Positions 52,765-64,000 of a stretch of 64,000 nucleotides of DNA are shown here, piece after piece (the stretch's first letter is position 1; the number at the start of each line of letters is the position of its first letter). Made by a program: the position numbers and the translations under genes. The notes under the pieces were generated by a model that was not told the DNA's origin, searched no databases, and worked only from the letters and a program-made list of their open reading frames with translations. Source of the DNA: Eledone cirrhosa (taxonomy: Eukaryota); contig OZ024745.1 of NCBI GenBank assembly GCA_964016885.1, forward strand, positions 132,742,001 to 132,806,000, read 5' to 3'.

Positions 52765-52863
52765 ACTGATCGGCCTGATTTGCATATTAGCAGACTGGCT
52801 GACCAGTCCGATTTGCATATTAGCAGATCCACTGATCATTCAGATGTGCACATCAGCAGACTG
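52765..52863 (+). repeat. 33 bp tandem repeat x3, two units containing ATTTGCAT
   Basis: Units start at 52765, 52798 and 52831. Confidence 0.8.
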
Positions 52864-52871
52864 GCCAGTCC

Positions 52872-53018
52872 GCTGATATTTAGTCCAGAAATATCCGTCG
52901 AAACGGCTTGAGCTCTGCCGTCGGTGTCCTGAACCTTTTCCTATTACCCACTTTACCTAAAGTATCGAGTACTCTGGTGGGTTATGTTCCACCTGGTTCC
53001 TTACCTCACTTCCTTCGT
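52872..53018 (+). mobile_element. PLE terminal-repeat remnant with a broken hammerhead, ending in (TA)n
   Basis: gatattt agtccag aaatatc cgtc GAAA cggc ttgagctct gccg TC ggtg. Stems II and III and the GUC are intact, but the CUGANGA core is incomplete. Confidence 0.5.
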
Positions 53019-53064
<46 letters not shown>

Positions 53065-53070
<6 letters not shown>

Positions 53071-53541
53071 TAAACGGAATAGAAAATGCTGACAAATTGT
53101 TGACAGTTGAAAAATGGTTTAATTAGGAATAAAAGAGTATTAGTGATTGTATGGGTTAGTATTCAGTTGTGGTTTTAAGTTTTTAAGTTTTTACCGGTTG
53201 CGCATTTCTAAATGCTTTTCAAAAATAATTTTGAGATAGAGTGTCCGTGCTGTTTGCTCTGATCTGATTAGTTTTGGGAATTTTACCTGTTTTTATGTTA
53301 AAAAAGTGGCTCCAATTTGCAAAAATTCTTGTGGTCAAAACAATTTTGATTGGTCGGTAGAGATCATGTGAATGTAAAAAATTGATTTTGCGCCAAGACT
53401 GTTTTTATGTTAAAAAAGTGGCTCCAGCAAAAATTCTTGTGTTCAAAACAATTTTGATTGGTCGGTAGAGGTCATGTGAATAAAAAATTGGTTTTGCGCC
53501 AAGATTGAGAAATGACTCTTTCACAACAAATATGTGTGTGT

Positions 53542-53593
<52 letters not shown>

Positions 53594-53668
53594 TGGTAGT
53601 AGTAGTAGTAAGGTGTTCGATGTTGTGATATAGGTTAGCAGCGATGTGTGTCAAATGGCTATTAAGAT

Positions 53669-53756
<88 letters not shown>

Positions 53757-53843
53757 GTGTAGTAGTAGTAGTAGTAGTAGTAGTAAGGTGTTCGATGTTG
53801 TGATAATGGTTAGCAGCGATGTGTATCAAATGGCTATTAAGAT

Positions 53844-53894
<51 letters not shown>

Positions 53895-54093
53895 GCAGAG
53901 TAATTCCTGGTGGCAGGGATGGTCAGTAAGAATGTGTCTGAAAGCAATGGGGGGTATTTTAGCATGTTAAAATATATTTTTCAGCTTTTGTCTTATACGG
54001 AGAAGTGCGTGTGTGTGTGGTGTGTATATATAAGTCTCTTTGTATGTTGATGTACGCGTGTGTATGTGTGTGTGTATATATATATATATGTGT

Positions 54094-54162
<69 letters not shown>

Positions 54163-54591
54163 GGTGGATGGACCAGTATTTTTTCCGCCTGGTAAAATGG
54201 TGTACATAAATCGATTTTTTCAGTAAAATCGGTTCTCTTAATAGAACATAAAAACAGTCTTGGCGCAAAATCAATTTTTTACATTCACATGACCTCTACC
54301 GACCAATCAAAATTGTTTTGACCACAAGAGTTTTTGCAAATTGGAGCCACTTTTTTAACATAAAAACAGGTAGAATTCCCAAAACTAATCAGATCAGAGC
54401 AAACAGCACGGCCACTCTATCTCAAAATTATTTTTGAAAAGCATTTAGAAATGCGCAACCGGTAAAAACTTAAAAACTTAAAACCGCAACTGAATACTAA
54501 CCCATACAATCACTAATACTCTTTTATTCCTAATTAAACCATTTTTCAACTGTGAACAATTTGTCAGCATTTTCTATTCCGTTTACCAATA
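53065..54591. mobile_element. Non-autonomous DNA transposon with about 350 bp terminal inverted repeats, inserted in TA
   Basis: 53065-53411 is the near-perfect reverse complement of 54245-54591. The interior is mostly (TG)n and short duplications. Confidence 0.85.
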
Positions 54592-54643
54592 TATAATGAC
54601 TTGTGTGTTACACCTCTATTCTTTTAACTATATATATATATAT

Positions 54644-54863
54644 AGTTTTAATATAGGATGAGATTCTACAGGACTAGAACTGTTTCATTCTTTAGAAATC
54701 ATCAGGAATCATGTTCTGTAGATTCTAGTCTGTAGAATCTCATCTATATTGAAACTTTTATACTCTGCTATGTATTGAGTACCTTACTGTGGTTACCTCC
54801 GATTCAACCCGGAATAACGTATATATATATACGTTATTCCGGGTTGAATCGGAGGTAACCACA

Positions 54864-54866
<3 letters not shown>
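54644..54866. mobile_element. Doubly folded-back PLE/retrozyme-like element in (TA)n
   Basis: Inverted arms 54644-54679 and 54723-54756, plus a perfect 82 bp palindrome at 54785-54866. Confidence 0.75.
54662..54710 (-). ncRNA. Type I hammerhead ribozyme motif
   Basis: Minus strand: gattc CTGATGA t ttct aa agaa t GAAA cag ttctagtc ctg TA gaatc. All three stems can form. Confidence 0.72.
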
Positions 54867-54894
<28 letters not shown>

Positions 54895-54906
54895 TATATA
54901 TATATA

Positions 54907-54993
<87 letters not shown>

Positions 54994-55042
54994 GTGTGTG
55001 TGTGTGTGTGTATGTGTGTGTGTTTGTGTGTGTGTGTGTGTC

Positions 55043-55087
<45 letters not shown>

Positions 55088-55088
<1 letters not shown>

Positions 55089-55212
55089 ATAGCTGATGAT
55101 CAGTTGGATTTGATTCCCAGTCTGTATGTATTAGCGTACCCCAGAGTATGATGGCTTTGTCATTTTCAGCATGATAGTTGTGAGTTTCATCCTTCAGATT
55201 TTTTTTTACCAA
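55088..55212 (-). mobile_element. RLE LINE fragment
   Basis: ENDKAIILWGTLIHTD resembles EN....LWDF.IQTD. Confidence 0.6.
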
Positions 55213-55719
55213 TAATATTATTATGATGAAAAATTATAATCCCTTACTACAATAGAAGTACGTGCATGATAGTTAGGTTTAAAACTAATTTTAGTTTATT
55301 TTCGTGAATAGAGTCCCCGAGTTGATTCATAAAAAACCTTCTATCATTTAAAATAACAAAAAATATTTTGTGTTCTTCAGCTTTATTGAGAAAAGTTAGA
55401 TACATTTTATATATTGGGAATTGAAAAATTGTATTTCATTTTCATTATTTTTAGATTAATTTCTTCCAAACATAATTCCCAAATCGAATGCGTAACTTTG
55501 GAATGGTGATGCCAATTGGAGCAATATTAGATTTCAATGAAAAAAACTTCAAACAAAAAAGCAGCTATACTTACTCTGTATATGGGAGCATATTTTCTCC
55601 TTTCAAAAGGAAATATAAAATGATGTATAAAAAATATTTCACTATATTTAAAAGAACCCAGTACTTTGAAACAAATAAAATTACACACGAATACCTACAT
55701 CTATACACTCAGCCATGTC

Positions 55720-55721
<2 letters not shown>

Positions 55722-55795
<74 letters not shown>

Positions 55796-55859
55796 ATTTC
55801 TCTCTCTCTCTCTCTCTCTCTCTATTTATCTATCTATCTATCTCTATCTCTCTTTCTCT

Positions 55860-55938
<79 letters not shown>

Positions 55939-56019
55939 TCTCTTTCTTTGACACACACAACCTATTTCTACCGCTTTCCCCCTCTTTATGAAATCAATAT
56001 TACTTGTACTTATATATAC

Positions 56020-56108
<89 letters not shown>

Positions 56109-56343
56109 CGATGTGTGGTGTGTGGGTCTGCGTGTGAGTTTGTGTTTGTATGTTTATGTACATGTGTATAAAAATTGAAAGCAATATTTAGCACAATAGC
56201 AATCATATGTATGTGAGTTTTAGCGTGTGGGTTTGTGCTCATATATATAACCGCTACTAGCAGAGCGACTGTGTCGATAACTATAATCCTATACATGACT
56301 CTCTTTCCTCGCTGTATAAGTACTTACATAAATACTTAGACAG

Positions 56344-56391
<48 letters not shown>

Positions 56392-56393
56392 CC

Positions 56394-56455
<62 letters not shown>
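55722..56455. repeat. Compound (CT)n/(TA)n/(TG)n microsatellite field
   Basis: Seen directly. Confidence 0.92.
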
Positions 56456-56458
<3 letters not shown>

Positions 56459-57380
56459 GGTGTACCATGTAAATTGGGACCATTTATATATCCTTATTAT
56501 AATTGGGATAACTCGGAATTATCCAACAATGCAAATTTTATGTTTATACCAATTTATCGTGGAGTGTGTAGCCCTTATTTCAGTTCAATGTGACCGCCAT
56601 TTGTTTTCCTTACCAGTTCAATCTCATAAAGATGCCCATCCCTTAATTATCTCTTTATTTTTTATTTTACTGAATGTTCGCTTGATCTAAGACTTCACTG
56701 AAGAAACACAGTTGTGAGAAGGTGCGTCCCATAGCCAAGAATCCAATCATAAGGCCTCAAATCAGGCGAACCAGATAGCCAGATATCTTTAGAGATAAAC
56801 ATGGGCAATTCCTTCTTCAAACATTCTTGCTCTCTTTTCGAAGAACGTACGTCTGCGGAGTCCCGTACAAACATGACTCGACTTGCATCATAATGCTTCC
56901 TAATCCAAGGCAACAAAATTCTTGCAAAATTTTGAGATATTCTGCTATGTTGATTTATATAAAATGAGAAGGCATCAATTATGATCACTTGCAACGACTT
57001 CAAAAACCATAATGTATGCCGGTTCCTTGCTGTGCATAACTAAAGGAACTTGTGAAAGATCGTACGCTATCACTTGTGACTTTTGAAGATTTGCAACTTT
57101 GTCTAGCAAGAACTTCTTATCTTCCACAAAGATGTGGACGTCTCCACCGCGATGTTTCAGATGACTAAGAAGTTTAGGACTTCTTTCAGATCGAATTACT
57201 TTGGGGCGGGTAGTTAGAATGTGACAGTGTCTCCATACGATTTCATATGGGGGTCTTGTCCCACAGCCCTAGAAACGGTCATTTTACTGATTACTCGATC
57301 TTGAGCCAACCTCGCCATCGATTTTGATCGGTTCGACGAAATCAGAATTTGAAGTCCTGCCAAGAAGTGAGGTGTGCGTA
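56456..57380 (-). mobile_element. Tc1/mariner superfamily (maT/DD37D-like) transposon, degraded
   Basis: Terminus TA|cagggtgtacc. Transposase remnant LLPWIRKHY...MFVRDSADVRSSKREQECLKKELPMFISKDIWLSGSPDLRPYD. Confidence 0.85.
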
Positions 57381-57419
57381 GATAGGTAGATGGATAGATA
57401 GATATATAGATAGATAGAT

Positions 57420-57526
<107 letters not shown>

Positions 57527-58210
57527 CAGACACCATATTGACAAGGAGGAGGCTAGCTCACTGTGTAGGATCTGTGGAGAGAGAGAGAGAGAGGAGACTG
57601 TGGCTCATATTGTATCCGAGTGTAAACACCTAGCCAAGACTCACTATAAAGGCTGGAGGCATGATGTGATAGGCAGGGTGATCCACCAATTTACCACATT
57701 CTGAGAAGTGGTATGAGGATAAGCCAGAGTCGGTGATAGGAAACGATCAGGTGAAGGTGTTATGGGATTTCAGGATATAGACGGACAAGAAACTGGAACA
57801 TAATAGGCCTGACTTGGTGGTTTTGGACAAGGCAAAAAGATCGTGCCTGATTGTAGATGTAGCCTGCCCATTTGACACGAGAGTGCAAGAAAAGGAGAGG
57901 GAGAAAATTAACCGATACCAGGATTTAAAGTGGGAGTTAAAAAGGATTTGGAACTGCCATGTGATCAAGGTCGTCTCAATTGTCATAGGAGCACTAAATA
58001 CTATCTCAAGGAGTTTCCACGGATGGTTAAAGAAGATTCGTCCAGTCACGTTTTTTGGAACACTTCAAAAGGCATGCTTCCTGGGAACAGCAAGAACCCT
58101 CCGATACGTCCTGAATATCTGAAGCCGCAGGTAGCGGCTTAATGTTCATTTGAACAAACTTTCCAGTTAAATAAGATCAATGACTGCGACTCAAAGAATA
58201 ATAATAATAA
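57527..58210 (+). mobile_element. R4/Dong-type RLE LINE 3' fragment with (TAA)n tail
   Basis: CRICG...[10 protein letters not shown] zinc knuckle, RHD and PDLVVLDK..LIVDVACP. Close copy of 9570-10168. Confidence 0.9.
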
Positions 58211-58390
58211 TTGTTTCTACTTTTGGCACAAGGCCATCAAATACCCAGTGCATTACTGGTACTTTATTTTATCGACCCCGTAAGTATGAAAGACAAAGTT
58301 AACCTCAGCGGGATTTTAACTCAGAATGGCAAGGGCCGTAACTCTATGCGTCAAAGCATGGCGTCCCACCCTCTACCGATACTGCCAATC
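58208..58390 (-). mobile_element. SINE family A
   Basis: Reverse-strand match. Shares the (TAA)n tract with the RLE LINE tail. Confidence 0.88.
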
Positions 58391-58459
58391 TAATGATGTG
58401 CAAATAAAGAAGTTACAATTCACTTCATTTATTCAAGATCACTGTTATACAATTCGCTT

Positions 58460-59420
58460 ATAACCGTTATGCACAACGGACATGACATCATCAGGCCACT
58501 GGAAGTTGGACAGACAAAAACTGACAAACTTAAAGAAGAAATTCATTGATATACCACGGCCTAGATTTGGTGATTCTCTGTCGAAGCACCGGTGTCATGT
58601 GACTTCAAATAAGCTACATCATAGCATCAACAAAATCGTATATATAGGCCACTATCTATTGGTGAGACACAGCTTCACAACATCATCATCATCAACAATG
58701 TGGATATGTTGCTGTGTCAGATGGCCCCGGAAGTGTTTTCAGTAGCAACAATGACTAATGATATCTTAGTTAGGAGTGGCAGTTGGCCCCAGTAGCAACC
58801 GTAGTAGTAGTGGCAGTAGTTATAATATAATAATCGTTTCAACTTTAGGCACAAGGCCAGCAATTAACCAGTGCATTACTGGTACTTTATTTTATCGACG
58901 CTATAGGGATGAAATTCAAAGCTAACTTCGGGGGGATTTGAACTCAGAATGGGAAGGGCCGTAACTCTATGCGTCAACGCATGGTGTCCGCCCTCTATCG
59001 ATACTGCCAATCAAAATGATACTAATAATATAGTATAATGACCAATGTGTAGAATTAGTGAAGAGTTACTGTTGACATATATGATCGAAATAAAGGTAAA
59101 GTACAATTGAAGTTTCAGATAGATAATCATTAAGTAAAGAAGGAGTAGGTCACATGACAAGTGTAAATTAAATGTTACGCAAGTAGAAACAAAGTGCAAA
59201 GTAAAAGAACTTGAAGAGCAACAATAAAAACCTGAAGACAAAGAATATAATGTGTGTGGAAATCCTAAGATTAGACTCTACCAACACACAGTATAGCTGA
59301 TAGTGGTACGGAGATGAAGAATGTGCTAAGAAACATAATGGAATTATATTTGCAGCCTGACATTTGTTCTTTAGGGTGCTGGTTAAATGTTTTCCGAGGA
59401 ACCAGCGATATCTTAACAGT
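58460..59420 (+). pseudogene. Possible further cadherin remnants
   Basis: WKLDRQKLT and KKHNGIIFA. Weak. Confidence 0.25.
58830..59012 (-). mobile_element. SINE family A
   Basis: Reverse-strand match. Confidence 0.88.
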
Positions 59421-59422
59421 GT

Positions 59423-59423
<1 letters not shown>

Positions 59424-59453
<30 letters not shown>

Positions 59454-59606
59454 AAGAAGAAGAAGAAGAAGAAGAAGAAGAAGAAGAAGAAGAAGAAGAA
59501 GAAGAAGAAGAAGAAGAAGAAGAAGAAGAAGACACGGTGAACCTCTCATATTCCAACACGCACATCTTAGCCCAGAACAGAGTTAGATCAATAGTAAAAG
59601 GCTTAG

Positions 59607-59677
<71 letters not shown>

Positions 59678-59678
59678 A

Positions 59679-59741
<63 letters not shown>
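59424..59741. repeat. (GAA)n and (TATC)n microsatellites
   Basis: Seen directly. Confidence 0.95.
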
Positions 59742-60680
59742 ACAGAGGGAGAGAAAGTGAGAGAGTGGAACCATCTTATATAACGTGTATATTATTCTAA
59801 TTGTCATTGTCATTACAAAATTTGCTAGTTTTAAAGTTTCGTTTGTAATTCGCATCAAACGTTGATTAACTAAAATGGATTTTTTATCTGGAAGATACCA
59901 GACATAATAATTTTACTAATTTCACCTTCAGACTACATATTATTTTGACTAGTATTTCACATACCTAATATTACTTTTCTTTCCAAACGAAATAGTTGTT
60001 CGTTCCTTTACAACATTAGTAAATATAACGATATCAGAGGTAATGCTGACCTGAACTCTAAAAGGTGAGAACTTAGAACCCTGCTTCTGAATGTATTAAA
60101 TTCACATCTTAATAGCTTTCTATGAAAGAATGTATCAATTGTTATTATCATAACTGAAATACTAAAAGCTATGGATTTATTTAGCAACAAGGAAACTTTG
60201 AAGTTGCACTGAATCAAATACGACTTGAATGATTGAATGCTATGAGGGAATGGAATTGATGTTGACAGATAATCTAAATATAGCTAATGTTATTCAGTAA
60301 TAATGTAACAGAAGCTGTAGTAAGCATAACTATAATGTCTTTGAGATAAAGAGAAGTTAGTCATAATATATCTGGCCACAAATCTGACAAATGACACATC
60401 ATTTAAGAAATGCTTATTTGTAATATATTTCAATTATGATACTAAAAGGTTATTCAGTGTAGATATAACTATGCCTTCCCCGTGATAATTGATGGTGTAT
60501 CCGAAACTTTTCTAGACTAATATATACACACCAACACACCACACACACACACACGTGTGTATGTGTGAGTGTGTGTGTGTATGTGTGTGTGTGTGTGTGT
60601 AAAAGGTAAACAGAAATAACAACACAATCGGTAGAGTATATTGAAGAAACATATTAGTTTAACGCTTGAAATAGCAGAAA

Positions 60681-60717
60681 GACGGCCTTACCGTTTCAGA
60701 CGCTAGTCTTTCATCAG
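60681..60717 (-). ncRNA. Hammerhead core with intact stems II and III but no obvious stem I
   Basis: Minus strand: CTGATGA a agac tagc gtct GAAA cgg taagg ccg TC. Confidence 0.55.
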
Positions 60718-60789
60718 AAAAAAGAATGAGAAATTAGAAAGGTTGAAGTGACTGACTTTGCCTTCACCCAGAATTGTTGGCTTTATGAC

Positions 60790-60962
60790 TGAATCAGAAA
60801 CCTTTGTGGCATAGAAATACGCCCCTTTACGTTCTGAGTTTAAATCACATTCATGTTGGCGTTGCCTTTTATCGTTACAGGTTAGATAATGTAAGGTCCC
60901 AGTAATGTACTTACCCTTCCCCAAAATATTGTTCCCCTTGTGCCTAAATCAGAAACCATTAT
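60790..60962 (+). mobile_element. SINE family A, old copy
   Basis: ctttacgttctgagtttaaatc...ttgcctttt...ttgtgcctaaatcagaaaccattatt. Confidence 0.7.
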
Positions 60963-61299
60963 TTCCATCACCCTTTTGCTCTTCTTACTTATCACCCCAC
61001 CCCTCCTCACCGCCATTAACATGATCATCATCAGCAGCAGCTGTATCAGGAAAGTAGCAGTTGCTACAGTAGAGACAGCAGCAGTAATATTACAAGTAGC
61101 ATCAATATAATCATTCTCATAAAACTTCGAAAATATTCTGTCTTCCTCTCTCTCTCATGTATTTTATTTAACAATTTTTTCATAGTACGGAGTCGAAGAA
61201 AATTCGATAAAAATTGTATTTTTATATTATCAGCACCTAGAGAAATGATAATATAATGATTTTAACAGTATTATATATATATATTTCGGCTGTTCAAGG

Positions 61300-61605
61300 A
61301 AGACACGTGGCTTTGTGTTTAGGGAATTCGGCTCACAATCGTAAGGTCATGAGTTCTATTAACGTCGAGAGGTTTTTTCCTTGAACAAGAGAGTTTATTT
61401 CACGTTGCTCCAGTCCACTCGGCTGGCAAAAATGAGTTGTACCTGCATTGTCACATTCTGTGTCATGTTGAATTTCCCTGAGAACTGCGTTAAGGGTAAT
61501 TGTGTCTGTGGAATGCTCAGCCATTTTCACGTTAATTGCTCGAGCAGGTTGTTCCGTTGATCTTATCAATTGGAACACTCATCGTCGTAACCGACGGAGT
61601 TCCAG
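61300..61605 (+). mobile_element. Octopus-type tRNA-derived SINE
   Basis: tRNA-like head, tttatttcacgttgctccagtccactc core and tail ...gtcgtaaccgacggagt. Confidence 0.8.
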
Positions 61606-61732
61606 TTAATAAATGCCTGTTCAATCTAACACATTCATTCACGGGGTATTCCGTTTGTATCAATATTATATTTGATTGTATTTCTCTATGGTAACAGCTC
61701 TTATGGCGACGGAATAGTCGGATAACTTAATA

Positions 61733-61917
61733 TAATTGTTTCTACTTTTGGCACAAGGCCAGCAATTACCCAGTACATTACTGATACTTTATTTTATTGA
61801 CCCCGTAAGGATGAAAGGCAAAGTTAACCTAGGCGGGATTTGAATTTAGACCATAAGGGGCCGTAACTCTTTGCTGCAAAGCATGGCGTCCAACCCTCTA
61901 CCGATACTGCCAATCCA
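61733..61917 (-). mobile_element. SINE family A
   Basis: Reverse-strand match. Confidence 0.9.
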
Positions 61918-62027
61918 CATAATATAAGGAGGTCACAAACTATTTTAAAATGGGAAATTTTCTGAAAATCTAAATGTGCGTTTAATTGCTCGTAATACAT
62001 GACTTACCCTTAGGAAAATACCAACAA

Positions 62028-62096
<69 letters not shown>

Positions 62097-62127
62097 CAGC
62101 AGCAGCAGCAGCAGCAGCAGTGGTTTC

Positions 62128-62199
<72 letters not shown>

Positions 62200-62328
62200 T
62201 GTGGTGGTGGCGGCGGTGGTAGTAGTAGCAGTCGTTGCAGTAGTAGTAGTGGTTGCAGTAGTAGTAGTAGTAGTAGTAGTAGAAGTAGTAGTAGTAGTAA
62301 TAATAGTAGCATCATCATCAGCAGCAGC

Positions 62329-62381
<53 letters not shown>

Positions 62382-62481
62382 CAGCAGCAGCAGCAGTGGT
62401 TTCATTAGTAGTAGTAGTAGTAGTAGTTGTGGTGGTGGTGGCGGTGGTAGCAGTAGCAGTCGTTGCAGTAGTAGTGGTTGC

Positions 62482-62520
<39 letters not shown>

Positions 62521-62538
62521 TGTGGTAGTAGTAGTAAC
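62028..62538. repeat. Compound (GTA)n/(GCA)n/(GTG)n microsatellite with an internal higher-order duplication
   Basis: The block gcagtggtttca...gttgtggtggtgg...gcagtcgttgca...gtggttgca occurs twice. Confidence 0.92.
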
Positions 62539-63149
62539 AACAGTAAAATTATTAATGAAAACGAAGTAAAATCGAAAACAAATTGAAAAAAACTGCCTGA
62601 AATACCTGTGGATGTAATGCATTAGGTTCCATTAAATAGTGTAATAGTCTTTAGATAAGTAAATATATTGTGAACGATTGCATTAATAACCTATTACAAG
62701 ATGCACATACGTCAATGACTCCCCTATCACACAACCAGGCAAGCACAGTGTAAAACATATGTACAATTCAGTGAATGCAGCGGTGAATAATTGTACTCTT
62801 GTCTTCTAAATATTCTAGGTTTGTGACGTATATTTCTCCGCATTGCCAAAATTAAATATACCAATAAAAACAAAACTATGGCAATCCAAACACATATTCA
62901 GATATACTTTCTGAAGATCTGTAAAGAATCGTGTAAGTGTACGAAGAAGCAGTGAAGAATGTGTTTCTATACTGCACCCATCAACACTCTATGTAGACGG
63001 CCCCACTACTACAACAACATGGATTCTACAACATATTTGTTTGGATGACGATAACCTTGATATCAATGAAACTTGGATCCCCACAAATTAATTGTTTTAT
63101 GAAGATATACTTTGAATGTGAATAATGTGTCAGCTTTAGAAATAGCGAA

Positions 63150-63412
63150 GGTGTATGGCTTAGTGGTTAGAGCATTGGGCTTTCAATCGAAAGGTTGTGA
63201 GTTCAATTCTCGGACTGGGTGATGTGTTGTTTCCTTGAGCAAGACACTTTATTTTACGTTGCTCCAGTTTACTCAGTTGTAGAAATGAGATGATAAGGCT
63301 GGGGTCCCTATCATTAAATCACCCAAGACACCTTCAACGAGATATACCTTGGAGGAGGCCAGCTAAACTTGCATAGGTGTGAGCTGTCACACACACACAC
63401 ACACACACACAC
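63150..63412 (+). mobile_element. SINE family B with (CA)n tail
   Basis: tggcttagtggttagagc A-box, gagttcaattc B-box and ccttgagcaagacactt core. Confidence 0.9.
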
Positions 63413-63419
63413 ATACTTA

Positions 63420-64000
63420 GAAATAGAACCCATAATATTAAAGTATGGCAACAATATAGATGGAAACTTCTATAAACGAACAAGGATGGAACGAACAAAA
63501 TATAGCAAGAAAGTTATGGTAGAAATAGTAAAATAATTAAAATCAATAGAGTATATTCATATGAGTCAATCTATAACAGTAAAATAACAATGACAGATCT
63601 AACCATCGTAGATTTAGTGAAAACAGATATAATCATGAATCATACAGGTAGTGTACACAACAAGTACTGAAGTCACGAATGGAAATAGATATTTCCTGAA
63701 TATTACTCACGTAGCAATATCAAAACCTAATATCGTGGATTACATATAAGCAGAGAATTATATAGGAAACAGAGAAACAAGAAATCAAAAACAGAAAGTC
63801 AAAAAGGGAAAATAAGAAATTCAGATAGCATAAAATAAAGGCGTATTCGAAACAAAAAGATTATTTGAATCAGGAGATAATATCTAAATTTGTTAGATTT
63901 CAAAGTAACAATGGCTCTTTCAATACAACAAATCGTTTCAGTCCACTCCTCAACAAAGGAACTAAAATTTCCCAAGAAACTTTAGTAGAATAATTTTACA
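63420..64000 (+). pseudogene. Possible decayed LRR remnants
   Basis: TDLTIVD/SENR and YLNLLD/QSNN across frameshifts. Confidence 0.35.

Noticed and set aside
55090-55105. CTGATGA next to a (TA)n tract
   Set aside because: No downstream GAAA or stems. It is the antisense of an RLE LINE fragment.
56387-56395. tacaccctg, an inverted copy of the maT terminus across a TA tract
   Set aside because: Only 9 bp. It cannot be distinguished from chance or a tiny excision remnant, and no element body is attached.
59880-60370. Possible minus-strand LRR remnants
   Set aside because: Only one weak LYLD-type motif, which is not enough support.
61945-62622. 225 aa poly-Thr mucin-like ORF
   Set aside because: It lies almost entirely within a (GTA)n compound microsatellite that is open in several frames. 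No signal peptide, domain or splice context.

Overview
AT-rich, microsatellite-dense eukaryotic genomic DNA, most likely from an octopod cephalopod (inferred from recognisable Octopus-type tRNA-derived SINEs and a mariner MITE). No intact protein-coding gene was found. The window is a mosaic of three layers. (1) Retrotransposon and DNA-transposon debris: a near full-length degraded L1/Tx1 LINE, R4/Dong-type RLE LINE fragments, RTE LINEs, a maT/mariner, a hAT MITE, a long-TIR element, a probable solo LTR and about 20 SINEs. (2) A set of Penelope-like (PLE) terminal-repeat remnants, mostly sitting in or beside (TA)n tracts. Several are fold-back palindromes, each carries a type I hammerhead-ribozyme motif, and the inversion junctions fall in or next to the ribozyme. 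(3) Heavily decayed coding fossils hidden in the apparently non-coding spacers: a probable Toll-like receptor pseudogene (LRRs, TM, TIR-like segment), other LRR remnants and many cadherin-repeat remnants on both strands. All translations and folds were done by eye. Coordinates of degraded features are approximate and no database search was run.
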